From an uncultured Candidatus Saccharibacteria bacterium (GTDB lineage Bacteria; Patescibacteriota; Minisyncoccia; Phycocordibacterales; UBA2100), in assembly GCA_964534465.1 (NCBI GenBank), contig CAZHOB010000004.1:1-61077 (forward strand): a stretch of 61,077 nt of DNA, read 5' to 3'. This document shows positions 57,451 through 61,077 of this stretch, one piece after another; the stretch's first letter is position 1; every line of letters starts with the position of its first letter. The notes below the pieces were generated by a model, which saw only the letters and a list, made by a program, of their open reading frames with translations, made no database searches and had not been told where the DNA came from. The position numbers and the translations under genes are program-made.

Positions 57451-58743
57451 ATGCCGGTCGACGTTTTGATCATAGGTGAGGGTGCGCGTGAGCATGCTCT
57501 CGCGTGGAAACTGCGCGCATCGCCGCGCCTCGGCAAGCTGTATTGCGCGCCGGGCAATGGTGGCACCGAAAAGCTCGCCAAAAACGTCCCCATCAATCAG
57601 AAAGACATCACGGAGCTCGCGAAATTCGCCATCAACAACAACATCGGTCTCACTATCGTCGGCCCCGATGAGCCGCTCGCTGCGGGAATAGTCGACCTAT
57701 TCAAGTCGCACAACCTGCGCATCTTCGGCCCGACCAAGGCCGGTTCAAAAATCGAGTCGTCCAAATCATTCGGCAAGCAGATCATGCGCGAGGCCAATAT
57801 TCCGACGGCCGCGAGCGATACCTGCTCCGAGTTCAATCAGGCGCTCAATTCCGTGCGCCGTCGGCATTTTCCGGTCGTCATCAAGGCTTCGGGATTGGCC
57901 CGCGGCAAAGGCGTTTTTATCTGCAATGACATCGTCGATGCCGAAGTCGTGCTTAGGTCGCTCCTCGTCGAGAAGACGCTCGGCGATGCCGGCAGCGAAG
58001 TCGTCATCGAAGATCATCTCGACGGCGCCGAGCTTTCGTTGCACGCATTTTCCGACGGCTCATCGCTCATCATTTTGCCGCCTGCGCAGGATCACAAGAA
58101 GATAGGCGAAGGGGATACCGGCAAAAATACCGGCGGCATGGGCGTCATCGCTCCGGTGCCGTGGCTGACCCACGAGCAAAAGAGCTTCACCGAACATCGT
58201 ATCATCAAGCCAGCGCTCGAGGCGCTGACAAGCAACGGCATCTATTATCAGGGCATTTTGTACCCCGGCGTGAAAGTCACGGTCGACGGCATCAAGGCGC
58301 TCGAATTCAACGCGCGATTCGGCGATCCCGAGTGCCAGGCATACATGCGCTTGATGGCCAGCGACATTTTGCCCATCCTCGAAGCGTGCGTGGACGGCTC
58401 TATAGCCGACATGGCGATAGATTGGCGGTATGGTTTTGCCGCTGTCATTACGCTCGCTTCCGCCGGATATCCCGACACCTTCAAGACGGGCTTCCAGATA
58501 GAAGGCATCAAAGACGCCATCCGCGTGCCCGAGGTGGTCGTATTCCACGCGGGCACCATCGAAGACAAAGACGGTCTGCGTACTGCCGGCGGCCGCGTAC
58601 TCTCCGTCTCGGCTGTCGGCCCCACGCTCAAAGAAGCCATCGACCGCGCCTACGAAGCCGTCGGCAAGATCTCTTTCGAAGGCATGTACTATCGCAAAGA
58701 CATCGGAGCGCAATCTCTTAAGTACGATCGACTGCGGACGTAG
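57451..58743 (+). CDS. purD: Phosphoribosylamine-glycine ligase
   Basis: MPVDVLIIGEGAREHALAWKL...CAPGNGGT...VVIKASGLARGKGV...GDTGKNTGGMG...RFGDPECQ. Confidence 0.92.
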   Translation: MPVDVLIIGEGAREHALAWKLRASPRLGKLYCAPGNGGTEKLAKNVPINQKDITELAKFAINNNIGLTIVGPDEPLAAGIVDLFKSHNLRIFGPTKAGSKIESSKSFGKQIMREANIPTAASDTCSEFNQALNSVRRRHFPVVIKASGLARGKGVFICNDIVDAEVVLRSLLVEKTLGDAGSEVVIEDHLDGAELSLHAFSDGSSLIILPPAQDHKKIGEGDTGKNTGGMGVIAPVPWLTHEQKSFTEHRIIKPALEALTSNGIYYQGILYPGVKVTVDGIKALEFNARFGDPECQAYMRLMASDILPILEACVDGSIADMAIDWRYGFAAVITLASAGYPDTFKTGFQIEGIKDAIRVPEVVVFHAGTIEDKDGLRTAGGRVLSVSAVGPTLKEAIDRAYEAVGKISFEGMYYRKDIGAQSLKYDRLRT

Positions 58744-58836
58744 AATAGTATCTTGTATTTCGTATATCGTATCTCGTATTGAATTCGAATCGCATTTCTA
58801 CCATATACCATATACTACATACGATATACTTAACCC

Positions 58837-61077
58837 ATGCCTCCTTCGATGTACAAGGAGCGGATACGGCAATCGCCGGAAGCTGCACCCGCAAAGTTCA
58901 GAACGCCGCAGGAAGAATTGGCGTATTTGCGCGAGCGGGTGAGGGAAAAGGAGAAGGAATTGGAAGCGGCGCCGAGCCGTTTTGAAAAAGACCGCATCGC
59001 GAAGCGTGAGATAAAAGAGTACGGCGATCTGCCGGCGGCGCGCATTTTGCACGAAGCCATCATCCTTCCCGAGCGCGACATCATTCATCAGATATTGAAA
59101 CTCGAACCTGAGGCGCATGATGTGCAGATCGATAAGCTCCTTGAGCTCGTGGCCGAGCGGGGGATTCGCAACGCGCTCTCGGTGGTGGAGCGAATGGGCA
59201 ATCCGCATCTTGAGGACGACCTCCACCGCGCGCTCGTGCGTTACGTGGCCGAAGGTTTGCCCGATCATGGCATGGCGCCGCCAGAGCAGATGCGCAAAGC
59301 GCTCGGGCTCGTGCTTTTTGAGATACATCCGCAGGCGTATGGTGAAGGCGATAGACAGGAAATGGCGCAGCACAAATTGGAGCAATTACTCTCGTCTTCC
59401 GAGCAGCTCTATGCCGGCCTCGTATCATTCGTGGAACATAGCGAAGGATTTTCGCTCGAGATAGCCGTGCCGCAGGGCACCGAAGAGGCGACGCTCTACC
59501 TCTCCGTGCCGCACCAGCGCAAGGTATTGGCCGAGCGGCTGATCAATTCCGTCTTTCCCAACGCGCGCATCGTGGAAAATCGCGGCGACTACAACATTTT
59601 CAATTACGAAGGGCACCATGTGGCGGCGTACGCGGCACTCGCCGACCATCCCGCGCTCCCGCTCAAGACGCCGGACATGTTCGAGCACGACCCGATGAAT
59701 ATTTTGCTCGCGGCTTTTGCGAAGATCGCGAAGCACGGCGAAGGTGCCGCGCTGCAGATCACTGTTTCCACGGAAGGAGATAGGTACAATCATCACTACA
59801 AAAAGATGCTTCGCCAGCTCGAAAAAGGGCAATCGCTGCGCAAAGCTCTCACGATACCGGAAACGGAGCTCGGCGAGGCGGTCAAAGAATTGGCCAAATC
59901 GATATTTGCTCCCGACCAGCACAAGAAAGAGCTGGAGCAGCAGTATCGCCGCACCACCGATCAGGTAGCCACCGAAGAGCTTAATCGCAAAGTAAAGACG
60001 CGCATTGTGCCCACGTCGATCAGGCTGGTCGCATCCGCATCCACCCACGAGCGCGCGATGGACCTTTTGCAAAATCTCGAAGCACCCTTTGCCCAGTACG
60101 ACAATTCCAAGGGCAATCGCTTCGTATTCAAGCCAGTGGGTAGCTGGGGGATGGCCGCATTTCTCCGCGAATTTACGTACCGCACTTTCAATTCTTATAT
60201 CGCGATGCCGCTCTCACTCGGCGAGATCACTTCCATTTTCCATTTCACTGCCGAGCGCGTGACCACCTCGCGCGAGCTCAAGCGTTCTTTTGTAAAGCAG
60301 GCGCCCGCGCCGGTCGAAACTCCGGCAGATGGCGCTACCATAGGCATCAATCGTTATGGTGCCGACGAAACGCCGGTTCGCTTCGGCACAGCAGATCGTT
60401 TGCGCCACTGCTATGTCATCGGTCAGACAGGTACCGGAAAAACGGGCTTGATAAAGAACATGATCTTGCAAGACATCAGGAATGGGGAAGGGGTGGCTTT
60501 CATCGACCCGCACGGCAACGACATCGAGGATGTGCTCGCCGCCATTCCGCCGGACCGTTTGCAAGATGTCATTTACTTCGATCCCGCGCATACGGAGCGC
60601 CCGATGGGACTCAACATGCTCGAATACGACCGCTCGCGGCCGGAAATGAAAACATTCGTTGTCGACGAAGTGTACGGTATTTTCCGCAAGCTCTACGCCG
60701 ATGTGCCGGAGGCATTCGGACCGATGTTCGAGCAGTACTATCGCAACGCCGTGCAGCTGGTGGTCGAAGATCCCGATAGCGGCAGCACATTCGTGGAGAT
60801 ACCGCGCATCTTTGCCGACCCCGCCTTCCGCGCGCTCAAGCTCTCGCGCTGCAAAAATCCCATCATCGTGCAATTCTGGCGCAAGATCGCCGAGCAAGCG
60901 CAGGGTGATCCCTCGCTGGAGAACGTCGCACCCTACATCACGAGCAAATTCGACGTCTTTCTCACCAATGACATTATGCGCCCCGTGGTTGCACAGGAGA
61001 AATCAGCCTTCAATTTCCGCGACATCATGGACAACAAGAAAATTTTCCTCGCCAATCTCTCCAAAGGTCGTCTTGGC
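58837..61077 (+). CDS. Large P-loop ATPase, VirD4/TraD/TraG (type IV coupling protein)-like; 3' end beyond the window
   Basis: Uninterrupted frame from the ATG at 58837 to the window end (747 codons; absent from the ORF track because it has no stop). Walker A CYVIGQTGTGKTGL, then AFIDPHGNDIEDV. TATACT lies 6 nt upstream of the ATG. Confidence 0.6.
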   Translation, partial: MPPSMYKERIRQSPEAAPAKFRTPQEELAYLRERVREKEKELEAAPSRFEKDRIAKREIKEYGDLPAARILHEAIILPERDIIHQILKLEPEAHDVQIDKLLELVAERGIRNALSVVERMGNPHLEDDLHRALVRYVAEGLPDHGMAPPEQMRKALGLVLFEIHPQAYGEGDRQEMAQHKLEQLLSSSEQLYAGLVSFVEHSEGFSLEIAVPQGTEEATLYLSVPHQRKVLAERLINSVFPNARIVENRGDYNIFNYEGHHVAAYAALADHPALPLKTPDMFEHDPMNILLAAFAKIAKHGEGAALQITVSTEGDRYNHHYKKMLRQLEKGQSLRKALTIPETELGEAVKELAKSIFAPDQHKKELEQQYRRTTDQVATEELNRKVKTRIVPTSIRLVASASTHERAMDLLQNLEAPFAQYDNSKGNRFVFKPVGSWGMAAFLREFTYRTFNSYIAMPLSLGEITSIFHFTAERVTTSRELKRSFVKQAPAPVETPADGATIGINRYGADETPVRFGTADRLRHCYVIGQTGTGKTGLIKNMILQDIRNGEGVAFIDPHGNDIEDVLAAIPPDRLQDVIYFDPAHTERPMGLNMLEYDRSRPEMKTFVVDEVYGIFRKLYADVPEAFGPMFEQYYRNAVQLVVEDPDSGSTFVEIPRIFADPAFRALKLSRCKNPIIVQFWRKIAEQAQGDPSLENVAPYITSKFDVFLTNDIMRPVVAQEKSAFNFRDIMDNKKIFLANLSKGRLG

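Noticed and set aside
1-61077. Search for an integrase, transposase, tRNA or rRNA that could explain the islands
   Set aside because: I found no DDE/tyrosine/serine recombinase motifs, no cloverleaf-compatible tRNA sequence and no rRNA-like stretch on either strand. The insertion mechanism remains unexplained from this window.

Overview
GC-rich (mid-50s % by eye) bacterial fragment. Its conserved backbone is the str/S10/spc ribosomal-protein supercluster: tuf 3' end, rpsJ, rplC-rplD-rplW-rplB, rpsS-rplV-rpsC-rplP-rpmC-rpsQ-rplN-rplX-rplE, rpsN-rpsH-rplF-rplR-rpsE-rplO-secY, then gmk-adk-map, purD and a VirD4/TraD-like P-loop ATPase that runs off the right edge. rpsE and rplO are 1 nt apart, so there is no L30 gene. 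S10, S5 and S19 carry low-complexity extensions. By inference this fits a CPR/Patescibacteria-type genome, but I cannot confirm the lineage. No rRNA, tRNA, CRISPR array, integrase or transposase was recognised.

The backbone is broken by five accessory islands: tuf|rpsJ 11.2 kb, rpsJ|rplC 26 kb, rplB|rpsS 3.3 kb, rplE|rpsN 2.9 kb and secY|gmk 1.4 kb. Several junctions carry scars: synonymous-diverged duplicates of the tuf and rpsJ 3' ends, and a recurring 20-24 nt GC palindrome.

The largest island holds the most interesting content, an ~18 kb tightly packed enzyme cluster (12.5-30.6 kb):
- a YcaO protein with a SagB-type dehydrogenase and no recognisable E1-like partner
- three PaaK/F390-synthetase-like adenylating ligases
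- two PP-loop paralogues, one with a degenerate motif
- a fused ATP-sulfurylase/APS-kinase and a possible arylsulfotransferase-like propeller
- a phosphoribosyltransferase-PQQ-propeller fusion
- a polytopic membrane protein
- three paralogous membrane-anchored Cys-pair/His-rich repeat proteins of unknown function
- two candidate small substrates: a Gly/Ser/Asp-rich 109-aa protein divergent from YcaO, and a 78-aa secreted peptide behind a consensus promoter

I know of no characterised system with this composition.

Other notable items:
- a low-GC three-gene cassette with a caspase-like His/Cys protein
- a four-member family of ~80-aa membrane-anchored C-x(n)-C proteins, three of them in tandem inside the spc operon
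- a 1.46-kaa surface protein with three PA14 modules and a Gly-rich block
- a ~120-nt imperfect palindromic insert between rplF and rplR
- re-initiation promoters with attenuator-like leaders in front of rplC, rpsS and rpsN
- a recurrent TAnnnT hexamer 6-7 nt upstream of the ATG at nine or more genes, suggesting leaderless mRNAs
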